DNA from: an uncultured Chloroflexia bacterium
GTDB taxonomy: Bacteria > Chloroflexota > Dehalococcoidia > UBA2979
Direction of reading: 5' to 3'
Length of the DNA: 64,000 bases
Assembly (NCBI GenBank): GCA_963728205.1
Contig: CAVSIV010000002.1
Location: 448,001-512,000, forward strand
Every line of letters begins with the position of its first letter. Within the stretch, counting starts at the first letter, position 1. Below the pieces are notes generated by a model that ran no database searches, was not told the origin of the DNA, and saw nothing but the letters and a program-made list of their open reading frames with translations. Below, in pieces: positions 1-9,255 of the stretch. The position numbers were made by a program, and so were the translations under genes.

Positions 1-578
1 TGCAGGTCGTCGTCGGCCTGCTGCTCGTGATCTTCGGGATGCAGTGGCTGCGCAAGGCGATCCAGCGTCGCGCCGGGCTGAAGGCGCTGCACGACGAGGA
101 CCTGATTTTCGAGCGCGACATGCGCGAGTTCGCGATCGACGGGCCGGTCGACGGCTTCGACTGGGCGGGCTTCACGCTCTCGTTCAAGGGCGTGTTCCTC
201 GAGGGGCTCGAGGTTGCGTTCATCGTGGTCACGTTCGGCGCGAACGCGCATCACGACCTGGCGGTCAACGCCTTCGTGCTCACCGGTCTCGGCGCGCTGG
301 CGGCGATGGTGCTGGTGCTCGCGGTGGGCGTGGTCGTGCGAGCGCCGCTGGCGCGCGTGCCCGAGAACGACCTCAAGTTCGCGGTCGGCACGCTGCTGAC
401 GGCGTTCGGCAGCTTCTGGATCGGGGAGGGCGTCGGCGTCCGGTGGGCCGGAAGCGACGCGATGATCCTCGGGCTCGTCGTACTGTACGGGCTGTTCGCG
501 TGGGCGGCCTCGACCATGCTCGCGCGCCGCGCGGCGCAGCCCGCGACGGCGCAGGTGGAGCCGGAGGTGGCGTCGTGA
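1..578 (+). CDS. COG4280-like membrane protein (5' partial, begins before window)
   Basis: Multi-TM ORF with motifs FGMQWLRKAI, FKGVFLEGLEVAFIV, VPENDLKFAVG and FGSFWIGEG typical of COG4280 proteins; frame is open back to the window start. Confidence 0.7.
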   Translation, partial: QVVVGLLLVIFGMQWLRKAIQRRAGLKALHDEDLIFERDMREFAIDGPVDGFDWAGFTLSFKGVFLEGLEVAFIVVTFGANAHHDLAVNAFVLTGLGALAAMVLVLAVGVVVRAPLARVPENDLKFAVGTLLTAFGSFWIGEGVGVRWAGSDAMILGLVVLYGLFAWAASTMLARRAAQPATAQVEPEVAS

Positions 579-580
579 TC

Positions 581-781
581 ATGCGCAGGATTCGCGGCTT
601 CGGCGCGTTCTGGTACGACTTCATCGTCGGCGACTCGAAGATCCTGGCGGTCGGCGGACCGGCCGTGCTGCTCGTCGCGTACCTCACGGTGCGCGGCGGC
701 GTCCCGACGCTGGGGGAGGCGCTGATCCCCCTGGGGGTCGTCGGCACGCTGGCACTGAGCCTGCGACAGGCGGCGAAGTAG
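581..781 (+). CDS. Small membrane protein (66 aa)
   Basis: ATG at 581 just after the upstream stop; MRRIRGFGAFWYDFIVGD followed by two hydrophobic helices. Confidence 0.65.
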   Translation: MRRIRGFGAFWYDFIVGDSKILAVGGPAVLLVAYLTVRGGVPTLGEALIPLGVVGTLALSLRQAAK

Positions 782-811
782 GCGCGTGTCCGCGGAACGG
801 TGGGGCCGCGC

Positions 812-843
812 CCGGAAACAGCGGACCGACGCCCCCTGCTCGC
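812..843. repeat. Single arm of intergenic inverted-repeat family A
   Basis: CCGGAAACAGCGGACCGACGCCCCCTGCTCGC matches the arms at 30950-30982 and 33635-33666; lies between convergent genes. Confidence 0.75.
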
Positions 844-850
844 CTCCGCC

Positions 851-1621
851 CTACGTGCTCAGGCCCTGGCCGCTCAGCCTGCGGTTCTTCGTCTTCGCCT
901 TGATGTAGTCGCGGTTCATGTAGGCGATGAAGTCGATGCTGATGCCCTTCGGGCACGCGTACTGGCACTCGCCGTGGCTCGTGCACGAGCCGAAGTACTG
1001 ATCCATCGTCTCGACCATCGCCTCGGTGCGCTTCCAGCGCTCGGCCTGGCCTTGCGGCATCAGGTTGAGGTGCTGGAGCTTCGCGGCCGTGAACAGCGAC
1101 GCCGCGCCGTTCGGGCACGCGGCCACGCAGGCCCCGCAGCCGATGCACTCCGCCGCGTCCATCGCCGCGTCGGAGACGTCCTTCGGCACCGGGATCAGGT
1201 TGGCCTCGGGCGCGGAGCCCGTGTTCACGGAGATGTAGCCGCCCGCCTCGATGATGCGGTCGAACGGCGAGCGGTCGACCACGAGGTCGCGGATCAGCGG
1301 GAACGACGCGGCGCGCCACGGCTCGACGATGATCTCGTCGCCGTCGCGGAACAGCCGCATGTGCAGCTGGCAGGTCGCGGTGCGGAAGCCGGGCCCGTGC
1401 GCCTGGCCGTTGATCATGACGCCGCAGGAGCCGCAGATGCCCTCGCGGCAGTCGTGATCGAACGCGATCGGCTCGGTGCCCTGCGCGATCAGCCGCTCGT
1501 TCACCACGTCGAGGACCTCGAGGAACGACATGTCCTCGGTGACCTCGGTGGCCTGGTACGTCTCGAAGCGTCCTGGGGCGTCGGGGCCGGCCTGACGCCA
1601 CACCTTGAGCGTGAGGTTCAC
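851..1621 (-). CDS. sdhB: Succinate dehydrogenase/fumarate reductase iron-sulfur subunit
   Basis: GTG start overlapping the sdhA stop; [21 protein letters not shown] and [12 protein letters not shown] Fe-S motifs. Confidence 0.93.
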   Translation of the reverse strand: MNLTLKVWRQAGPDAPGRFETYQATEVTEDMSFLEVLDVVNERLIAQGTEPIAFDHDCREGICGSCGVMINGQAHGPGFRTATCQLHMRLFRDGDEIIVEPWRAASFPLIRDLVVDRSPFDRIIEAGGYISVNTGSAPEANLIPVPKDVSDAAMDAAECIGCGACVAACPNGAASLFTAAKLQHLNLMPQGQAERWKRTEAMVETMDQYFGSCTSHGECQYACPKGISIDFIAYMNRDYIKAKTKNRRLSGQGLST

Positions 1622-3570
1622 TACTTGTAGCTCCTCTGCGTCGGGTGCACGTAGTCGAACGTGAGCGGCTCCTTGTTCAGCGCGTGCGGCTCGCCCGCGC
1701 CCTTCCACTCCCACGCCGCCACGTACGAGAAGTGCTCGTCGTCGCGCGCCGCCTCGCCCTCCTCCGTCTGGTGCTCCACGCGGAAGTGGCCCCCGCACGA
1801 CTCCTCGCGGTGGAGGGCATCGCGCGCGATCAGCTCGGCCAACTCGAAGAAGTCCGCGACGCGCCCGGCCTTCTCCAGCGAGTCGTTGAGCGTGTCGCCC
1901 GAGCCGAGCACGCGCACGTCGCGGTGGAACTCGTCGCGCAGCGCGGGGATGTCGCGCAACGCCTGCTCGAGGCCCTCGCGCGACCGCTCCATGCCGATCT
2001 GGTCCCACACGATCCGGCCAAGCTCGCGATGGAAGTGGTCGACCGAGTGCGTGCCGTTCGTCGCGAGGAAGCAGCGGGTCTGCTCGCGCACGCCCTCCTC
2101 GGCCTCCGAGAACGCCGGGTGCGACGTCGGCACCGCCGGCTGTCCGAGCAGCCCGGCGAGATAGTCGCTCACGGTGTTCGGCAGGACGAAGTAGCCGTCG
2201 GCAAGCCCCTGCATCAGCGCCGAGGCGCCGAGCCGGTTCGCGCCGTGGTCGGAGAAGTTCGCCTCGCCGCCGACGAAGAGGCCGGGGATCGTGCTCATCA
2301 GGTTGTAGTCGACCCAGAGCCCGCCCATCACGTAGTGCGACGCCGGGTAGATGCGCATCGGCGTCTCGTACGGGTCCTCGCCGGTGATCCGCTCGTACAT
2401 CTCGAAGAGGTTGCCGTAGCGCTCGACGATCTCCTCGCGGCCGAGCCGTCCGATCGCCTCGGCGAAGTCCAGGTACACCCCGTTCTTCAGCGGGCCGACG
2501 CCGCGGCCGGAGTCGACCTGCCGCTTCGCCGCCCGCGACGCGACGTCGCGCGGCACGAGGTTCCCGAACGCCGGGTACACGCGCTCGAGGTAGTAGTCGC
2601 GATCGGCGTCGGGGATCTGCGAGGGCGGTCGGGTGTCCGCCGGTTCCTTCGGGACCCAGATGCGGCCGTCGTTGCGCAGCGACTCCGACATCAGCGTGAG
2701 CTTCGACTGGTGCTCGCCGCTGGTCGGGATGCACGTCGGGTGGATCTGCGTGAAGCAGGGGTTGGCGAAGGCCGCACCGCGCTTGTGCGCGCGCCATGCC
2801 GCGGTGGCGTTGCTCTTCTTCGCGTTCGTCGAGAGGTAGTAGACGTTGCCGTAGCCCCCGGTCGCGAGCACGACCGCGTGGCCCGACTCCGACCACACCT
2901 CGCCGGTCACGAGGTCGCGCACGACGACGCCGACCGCGCGGCCGTCGACGACGACGAGGTCGAGCATCTCGGTGCGCGTGTGCAGCTCGACGGCGCCGCG
3001 GTCCACCTGGCGCAACAGCGCCTGGTAGGCGCCGAGCAGCAGCTGCTGGCCGGTCTGGCCGCGCGCGTAGAACGTGCGCGAGACCTGCACGCCGCCGAAC
3101 GAGCGGTTGTCGAGCAGCCCGCCGTACTCGCGCGCGAACGGCACGCCCTGCGCCACGCACTGGTCGATGATGTTCACCGACAGCTCGGCGAGCCGGTAGA
3201 CGTTGGCTTCGCGCGAGCGGAAGTCGCCGCCCTTCACGGTGTCGTAGAAGAGGCGATACACGCTGTCGCCGTCGTTCTGGTAGTTCTTCGCGGCGTTGAT
3301 GCCGCCCTGTGCGGCGATCGAGTGCGCGCGGCGCGGCGAGTCGTGGTACGTGATCATCGTCACGCCGTAGCCGAGCTCGGCGAGCGACGCGGCGGCCGAG
3401 GCGCCGGCCAGCCCGGAGCCGACGACGATCACGTTGAAGCGGCGCTTGTTCGCCGGGTTGACCAGCCGCATCGCGAAGCGGTGCTTGTCCCACAGCTCCT
3501 CGATCGGCCCCTCGGGGACGCGCGCGTTCAGCTCGAGTGTCGGTGTCGACGTCGACGTCATGGTGACCAT
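1621..3570 (-). CDS. sdhA: Succinate dehydrogenase/fumarate reductase flavoprotein subunit
   Basis: GSGLAG FAD motif, [13 protein letters not shown] (covalent FAD His), [17 protein letters not shown]. Confidence 0.95.
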   Translation of the reverse strand: MVTMTSTSTPTLELNARVPEGPIEELWDKHRFAMRLVNPANKRRFNVIVVGSGLAGASAAASLAELGYGVTMITYHDSPRRAHSIAAQGGINAAKNYQNDGDSVYRLFYDTVKGGDFRSREANVYRLAELSVNIIDQCVAQGVPFAREYGGLLDNRSFGGVQVSRTFYARGQTGQQLLLGAYQALLRQVDRGAVELHTRTEMLDLVVVDGRAVGVVVRDLVTGEVWSESGHAVVLATGGYGNVYYLSTNAKKSNATAAWRAHKRGAAFANPCFTQIHPTCIPTSGEHQSKLTLMSESLRNDGRIWVPKEPADTRPPSQIPDADRDYYLERVYPAFGNLVPRDVASRAAKRQVDSGRGVGPLKNGVYLDFAEAIGRLGREEIVERYGNLFEMYERITGEDPYETPMRIYPASHYVMGGLWVDYNLMSTIPGLFVGGEANFSDHGANRLGASALMQGLADGYFVLPNTVSDYLAGLLGQPAVPTSHPAFSEAEEGVREQTRCFLATNGTHSVDHFHRELGRIVWDQIGMERSREGLEQALRDIPALRDEFHRDVRVLGSGDTLNDSLEKAGRVADFFELAELIARDALHREESCGGHFRVEHQTEEGEAARDDEHFSYVAAWEWKGAGEPHALNKEPLTFDYVHPTQRSYK

Positions 3571-3574
3571 GGGA

Positions 3575-4324
3575 TTACCGCACGATTCCGAATTGCACCG
3601 CGAGCGGGAACGAGACGTTGGGCCCGATCACGGCGAGCGTGAACAGGAACGCGAAGACCCGCCGCGCGCGGTTGTACTGCGGCGAGTTCACGCCGAGCGA
3701 CTGGAACAGGCTCCAGGCGCCGTGGAACAGGTGGAAGCCGAGCGCGAGGTTCGCGATCACGTAGACCGCGGCGATTGGCCAGCGTTCGAAGGAGACGACG
3801 ACGTTGTGGTAGACGTCGCCGGCGACGAAGTCCGGGTTCGCGACGCCCCAGGTGAGGTCGAGCAGGTGGAAGACGATGAAGGCGAGGACGATCGGTCCCG
3901 TCCATTTCATCGTGCGCGACGCCCAGTTCGCGGCGATGTAGTCGCGCTTCGACTGGTAGGCGGTGGGGTGCGCGCGCCGGTTCATGCGCCACAGCGTGTA
4001 GGCCGCGTGGATGTGCACGACGATCGCGAGCGCGAGGATGGCGCGCACCGCGTCCAGCACGATGCTGTAGGGCGCGAATGGCTCGCCGAAGGTGCGCAGC
4101 CCGACGGAGTAGTTGTTCACCGCCGCGGCGCCCAGGTACAGCTTGAGGTTGCCGAGCATGTGGCCGAAGACGAAGGCCATCCCCATCACCCCGGTGATGG
4201 CCATCACCCACTTCTTGCCGACGGCGGTCTGGTAGAGGTTGAGCGGCCACGGCCATGCGCGCGGCCGCGGGTTGATCGGGCGGACCGCCGCCCGCGCCGA
4301 GGATTCCGACTGCGTCTGCGTCAT
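3575..4324 (-). CDS. sdhC: Succinate dehydrogenase cytochrome b subunit (single 5-TM anchor)
   Basis: [18 protein letters not shown], conserved His residues in TM helices; first gene of sdhCAB. Confidence 0.9.
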   Translation of the reverse strand: MTQTQSESSARAAVRPINPRPRAWPWPLNLYQTAVGKKWVMAITGVMGMAFVFGHMLGNLKLYLGAAAVNNYSVGLRTFGEPFAPYSIVLDAVRAILALAIVVHIHAAYTLWRMNRRAHPTAYQSKRDYIAANWASRTMKWTGPIVLAFIVFHLLDLTWGVANPDFVAGDVYHNVVVSFERWPIAAVYVIANLALGFHLFHGAWSLFQSLGVNSPQYNRARRVFAFLFTLAVIGPNVSFPLAVQFGIVR

Positions 4325-4567
4325 GCGCCCCTCCCACCACCGGCGTCGGTGCCGCCGCTGCGCCGGACGCACACTGTCCGCTGGCGCACCCGGCGTCACT
4401 CGTACGCTAGCGCGCTGCGCGCTACGGGGCGAGAGCGACGCGCGACGTGCGGGGTGGCGATCCGGCGTATGCGGGATCGCGGAGGAGGGCGCGGGACGGG
4501 GCGGTGCGAGCGTGCGCGCGGGTGCACGGCGCGCCTGAAGCGCCCCGCGCGCCGGCAGTGCGCGCGG

Positions 4568-5023
4568 CTATCGGGCGGGCGTCGACGCGTCGGGGGCGAT
4601 CAGGGCCAGTCCCGATGCCTCGTCGTGGCGCTTGCGAAGGTGCGCGGGCGTCTCCGTGAGCACGACCTCGAGCGTCGGGCGGACGTGTGCCTCCACCAGG
4701 TGTCCGCCGCGCGTCGACGTGTCGCGTCGGGCGACGACCACGTGGCCGTGCACCGCGACCTCGCCGTCCTTGTCCGCGACGTCGCCGGCGAGCGTCAGGA
4801 CCTCGACCTGCTCGTCGAGGCGGTGACGCTCGTACTCCTTGCGCTCCCAGTCGAAGTACGCGAGCACCACGTCCTGGAACGCGCCGATGGCCGTGAACTG
4901 CGCGCCGTTGATCTGCTCGCGGCGCGCGAAGTCTTCCAGCGTCGACATCACCTCGTCGCCGCGGTCGAAGATCAGCGCGAACGTGCGCAGGCCGTCTTCG
5001 CGATGCAGGAGCGTCGATTGCAT
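4568..5023 (-). CDS. PPC/DUF296 domain protein
   Basis: FTAIGAF, EVLTLAG, HGHVVV and GGHL motifs; ATG overlaps the stop of the upstream oxidase. Confidence 0.85.
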   Translation of the reverse strand: MQSTLLHREDGLRTFALIFDRGDEVMSTLEDFARREQINGAQFTAIGAFQDVVLAYFDWERKEYERHRLDEQVEVLTLAGDVADKDGEVAVHGHVVVARRDTSTRGGHLVEAHVRPTLEVVLTETPAHLRKRHDEASGLALIAPDASTPAR

Positions 5024-8000
5024 CAGTCGTCTCCTCCGCTGCGTGCCCCACGGTCGCCCGCGCCTGCCGGCTCGGGCACGGCGCGCCGCTCGTGCACCGC
5101 CGCGGGCATGTCCGCGCGCGCGGGGCGTGTGCGCGGCGACGGCGCCGCGCCGACGCGCTGGCCGAGCGCCAGCTGGATCACCTCGCCCAGCGTCATCGCG
5201 TCGCGCGGTGTGCCCTGCCGGATCTGCTCGCGGCAGCTGAAGCCGTTCGTGATCACGAGCGCGTCGCGGTCGGCCTTGCGCACGACCGGCAGCAGCGAGT
5301 GCTCGCCCACCGCGATCGACGTCTCGTAGTGTTCGGCCTCGAAGCCGAACGAGCCGGCCATGCCGCAGCAACCCGACGCCAGCACCTCGAAGTCGAGCCC
5401 CAGCCGCTCGAGCATCTCGCGCTCGTCCTCGAGCCCCATCACCGCCTTGTGGTGGCAGTGGCCGTGCACGATCGCACGGCGGTCGAGCTGCGGCGGCCGG
5501 TAGTCGGCCTTCACGAGGAACTCGCTCAGCACGAACGTCTGCTGGCTGAGCCGCCGCGCCATCTGGTCGTGCGGGAACAGGTTCACGAGCTCGTCGCGGA
5601 AGACCGCGACGCAGCTCGGTTCCACGCCGACGATCGGCGTGCCCGCCTCGATCTCCGGGCGCAGCTCCTCGAGCGTCTGCCGCAGCAGGCCCTTCGCCGT
5701 CTCGAGCATCCCGTAGTCGTAGAGCGGGCGACCGCAGCACAGCGACGTGCGCGGAATCACGACGCAGTACCCCGCGTCGGCGAGCGCTGCCGCGGCCGCG
5801 TTCAGCGCGCCGGGATAGATGTAGTTGTTGAAGGTGTCGGGCCACAGGATCACGCGCGGCGCGCCCGCGTCGCCGGCGCCCTGGAACGCGGTCGAGAACG
5901 GCTCGTGCGCGAACGCCGGGATCTGCCGCTCCTGGGCGATGCCGGCGACCTTCTTCGCGATCCAGCGCAGGCCGGGCGTCTGGCTGAAGAAGTTCACGAC
6001 GCGCGGCGCGTGCGACGCCGCGCGCGCCCACCAGTAGATCAGCCCGAGCGAGTAGGCCGTCCGCGGCCGCAGCCGCCGCTCGTAGTAATGGGAGAGGTAC
6101 TCGGCCTTGTAGGTCGCCATGTCGACGTTGACCGGGCAGTCGTTCTTGCACCCCTTGCACGCGAGGCAGAGATCGAGCGCGTCGCGCATGCCATCGTCGC
6201 GCCAGCCCTCCGCCGGCGGCCGGCCGTTCAGCACTTCGAACAGCAGCCGCGCGCGGCCGCGCGTCGAGTCCTTCTCCTCGCGCGTCACCATGAAGCTCGG
6301 GCACATCGTGGAGCCCTCGGGCGAGTCGGCATCGAGCCGTCGGCAGCGGCCGACGCCGACGCAGCGCAGCGCGCCGCGGATGAAGGAGCCGTCGTCCTCG
6401 GGGAACTGAAAGTACGTCTTCCGCGCCGGCGGGTCGTACTCGGTGCCCAGCCGCAGGTCCGAGATGATGCCGTGCGGATCGACGACCTTACCCGGGTTCA
6501 TCTTCCAGGCCGGATCCCAGACCGACTTGAACTCGCGGAACGCGCCCACGATCTCGTGGCCGAACATCTTCGGCAACAGCTCGGCGCGCGACTGGCCATC
6601 GCCGTGCTCGCCGGAGAGCGATCCGCCCATCGAAACCACGAGGGCCGCGGCCTCGCCGACGAACGCGCGGTAGCGCTGCAGCCCCTCGGCGGTGAGCAGG
6701 TCGAAGTCGGTGCGCGTGTGCACGCACCCCTGGCCGAAGTGGCCGTAGAGCGCGCCGTGGTAGCCGTAGCGGTCGTAGAGCTGCTGGTACTCGCGCAGGT
6801 ACTCGCCGAGGCGCTCGGGCGGCACGGCGGCGTCCTCCCAGCCGGGCCAGGCGTCGGGCTCGCCCGGCACGCGCGCGGTCGCGCCGAGGCCCGACTCGCG
6901 AACATCCCACACGTCCGACTGCTTCTTGTCGTCGACCAGGATCTCGCGGGTCGGTCCGTCGTCGCCGAGCGCTTCGAGCATGTCGCGCGCCTGCTGCTCC
7001 GCTTCGTCCTTCGAGTCGGCGCCGAACTCGACGAGCAGCCAGCCGTTGCCCGGCGGCAGGTAGCCGATGTCGTCGAGGTGCAGGTGCTTCTTGCCCATGT
7101 TCTCGATGAGGCGGCGGTCGATGCCCTCCAGGCCGATCGGGCCGTGCTTCATGATCTCGGTGACGTGGTCGGCGGCGTGGAAGACGTCCTCGTAGCCGAG
7201 CACGCAGAGCACGCGCTCCTTCGGGTTCGGGACGAGCTTGAGGGTGGCCCCGAGGATCATCGCGCAGGTGCCCTCGCTGCCGACCAGGGCACGCGCCACG
7301 TTGAAGCCGTGCTCGGGCAGCAGCTCGTCGAGGTTGTAGCCGGAGACGCGGCGCGGAATGTCCGGGTAGCGGCGGCGGATCTCCTCCGCGTGGCCGTCGC
7401 GCACGTTGCGCAGGCCCCGGTAGATCTCGCCGACGCGGCCGGGCAGCGCGGCGAGCCGCTCCAGCTCCTCGGGACTCGTCGGGCCGACGGTCATGCGCGT
7501 GCCGTCGTACGTGAGGATGTCGAGCTCGTGCACGTTGTCGGCCGTGCGGCCGGCCATCACGGCGTGGACGCCGCACGAGTTGTTGCCGAGCATGCCGCCC
7601 AGCGTGCAGTGGTTGTGCGTCGCCGGGTCGGGGCCGAACGTCAGCCCGTACTGCTGCACGGCCGCGTTGCGCAGGTCGTCGAGGATCGTCCCCGGCTGCA
7701 CGCGCGCGAGGCGCCGGTCAGGGTCGATCTCGAGCACGCGGTTGACGTACTTCGAGCAGTCGATCACGACGGCGACGTTGCAGCACTGGCCGGCAAGGCT
7801 CGTGCCGCCGCCACGCGCCAGCACCGGGGCGTCGTGCTGCCGCGCGACCGCGACGGCCGCGATGATGTCCTCCTCGTCGCGCGGGATCACGACGCCGATC
7901 GGCACCTGGCGGTAGTTCGAGGCGTCGGTGGAGTACATCGCGCGCGACGCGGCGTCGAAGCGCACCTCGCCGCGCATCCTGCGGCGGAGGTCGGCCTCGA

Positions 8001-8061
8001 GCGCGGCGAGGCGGGCGGGCGAGATCGGTTCGGCGGTCGCGCTGCGGTTCGCGGTGGTCAC
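5023..8061 (-). CDS. FAD-binding + 4Fe-4S oxidoreductase (GlcD/GlcF fusion, YdiJ/D-2-hydroxyacid dehydrogenase-like)
   Basis: RGGGTSLAGQ, GSEGT, SGEHGDG, CLACKGCKNDCP, CCG and GCCGMAG motifs. Confidence 0.88.
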   Translation of the reverse strand: MTTANRSATAEPISPARLAALEADLRRRMRGEVRFDAASRAMYSTDASNYRQVPIGVVIPRDEEDIIAAVAVARQHDAPVLARGGGTSLAGQCCNVAVVIDCSKYVNRVLEIDPDRRLARVQPGTILDDLRNAAVQQYGLTFGPDPATHNHCTLGGMLGNNSCGVHAVMAGRTADNVHELDILTYDGTRMTVGPTSPEELERLAALPGRVGEIYRGLRNVRDGHAEEIRRRYPDIPRRVSGYNLDELLPEHGFNVARALVGSEGTCAMILGATLKLVPNPKERVLCVLGYEDVFHAADHVTEIMKHGPIGLEGIDRRLIENMGKKHLHLDDIGYLPPGNGWLLVEFGADSKDEAEQQARDMLEALGDDGPTREILVDDKKQSDVWDVRESGLGATARVPGEPDAWPGWEDAAVPPERLGEYLREYQQLYDRYGYHGALYGHFGQGCVHTRTDFDLLTAEGLQRYRAFVGEAAALVVSMGGSLSGEHGDGQSRAELLPKMFGHEIVGAFREFKSVWDPAWKMNPGKVVDPHGIISDLRLGTEYDPPARKTYFQFPEDDGSFIRGALRCVGVGRCRRLDADSPEGSTMCPSFMVTREEKDSTRGRARLLFEVLNGRPPAEGWRDDGMRDALDLCLACKGCKNDCPVNVDMATYKAEYLSHYYERRLRPRTAYSLGLIYWWARAASHAPRVVNFFSQTPGLRWIAKKVAGIAQERQIPAFAHEPFSTAFQGAGDAGAPRVILWPDTFNNYIYPGALNAAAAALADAGYCVVIPRTSLCCGRPLYDYGMLETAKGLLRQTLEELRPEIEAGTPIVGVEPSCVAVFRDELVNLFPHDQMARRLSQQTFVLSEFLVKADYRPPQLDRRAIVHGHCHHKAVMGLEDEREMLERLGLDFEVLASGCCGMAGSFGFEAEHYETSIAVGEHSLLPVVRKADRDALVITNGFSCREQIRQGTPRDAMTLGEVIQLALGQRVGAAPSPRTRPARADMPAAVHERRAVPEPAGAGDRGARSGGDD

Positions 8062-8100
8062 GTGGGTTCCCTTTCCTCGGCGTCGTGCGGCGGGGTCGCC

Positions 8101-9255
8101 TCAGACGCGGTAGCGGGCGGCGTCCGCGCGCTTCAGCTCGAGGCCGAGGCCCGGGCGCGTGAGATCGGGGACGAGCGCGCCGTCCCGCGGCTCGAGCGCG
8201 CCGTCGAAGAGCAGGTGCTCGATGCGGACGTGGTCGAAGAAGTACTCGAGGTGGCGCAGCGCGGGCAGCGCGCACGCGGCGTGCGCGTGGACCGACGGCG
8301 CGCAGTGGCCGGAGTACGGCACGTGCCACGCGTCGCACAGCGCGCCGCCGGCGAGAAAGCCGCTGATGCCGAGGCAGCGCGTCGCGTCCACCTGCAGCAC
8401 GTCGACGGCCTGCGCCTGCAGCATGCGCTGCACGTACCACGGGTCGTAGGCGTACTCGCCGGCGGCGACCTCCATGGCGGCGGGCGCGTGGTCGCGCACG
8501 AAGCGCAGGCCGTCGAGGTCGTCCGACGACACGGGCTCCTCGAACCAGCGCACGTCCAGCTGCGCGAAGGCGTCGGCGGCGACCAGTGCCTGGCGGCGGC
8601 CGTACGCGCCGTTGGCGTCGACGAAGAGCTCGACGTCGTCGCCGATGGCGTCGCGCGCGGCGGCCACGCGCGCGGGGTCGGCCGCCGGGTTGCGCCCGAC
8701 CTTCATCTTCACGCGCGGGATGCCCTGCTCGACCCAGCGCGCCATGTGCGCCTGCAGCTGGTCGACGTCGTAGGACGTGAAGCCGCCGCTGCCGTAGACG
8801 GGCACCGCGGCGCGGCAGCGGCCCAGCAGGCGCGCGAGGGGGAGGTCGAGCAGCTTCGCCTTGAGATCCCACAGCGCGACATCGACCGCCGCGATCGCGC
8901 AGGCGGCGACGCCGGGCCGGCCGGCGTTGCGCACCGCCCGCGCCATGGCGCGGGCGCAGTCGGGGATCGCGAAGGCGTCGCTGCCGCGGACGGCCGGCGC
9001 GAGCTTGTCGGCGACGATCTCCGCGGCGGACGCGTGCGCATACGAGTAGCCGATGCCGACGCGCCCGCCGGCCGCGACCTCGACGAGCACCATCGTCGTC
9101 GAGTCCCAGTCGAGCGTGCCGTCCGACTCCGGCGTCTCCGTCGGGATCGTGTAGGCGGCGACGTCGACGCGCTCGATCGGCGTGTCGCCGTCGACGACGC
9201 GCTCGGCGTCGTGCGCCGGCGCGGCGCGGGTGGCGACCAGGTGCGAGCCCGCCAT
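8101..9255 (-). CDS. Mandelate racemase/muconate lactonizing enzyme family protein (probable separate gene)
   Basis: In-frame ATG at 9255 shortly after the PoxB C-terminus (DKVRELI); full enolase-superfamily motif set. Confidence 0.7.
   Translation of the reverse strand: MAGSHLVATRAAPAHDAERVVDGDTPIERVDVAAYTIPTETPESDGTLDWDSTTMVLVEVAAGGRVGIGYSYAHASAAEIVADKLAPAVRGSDAFAIPDCARAMARAVRNAGRPGVAACAIAAVDVALWDLKAKLLDLPLARLLGRCRAAVPVYGSGGFTSYDVDQLQAHMARWVEQGIPRVKMKVGRNPAADPARVAAARDAIGDDVELFVDANGAYGRRQALVAADAFAQLDVRWFEEPVSSDDLDGLRFVRDHAPAAMEVAAGEYAYDPWYVQRMLQAQAVDVLQVDATRCLGISGFLAGGALCDAWHVPYSGHCAPSVHAHAACALPALRHLEYFFDHVRIEHLLFDGALEPRDGALVPDLTRPGLGLELKRADAARYRV

Noticed and set aside
851-3493. 880-aa ORF suggesting an extended or fused SdhB
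   Set aside because: The SdhB homology begins at GTG 1621; the upstream part is an alternate frame of sdhA.
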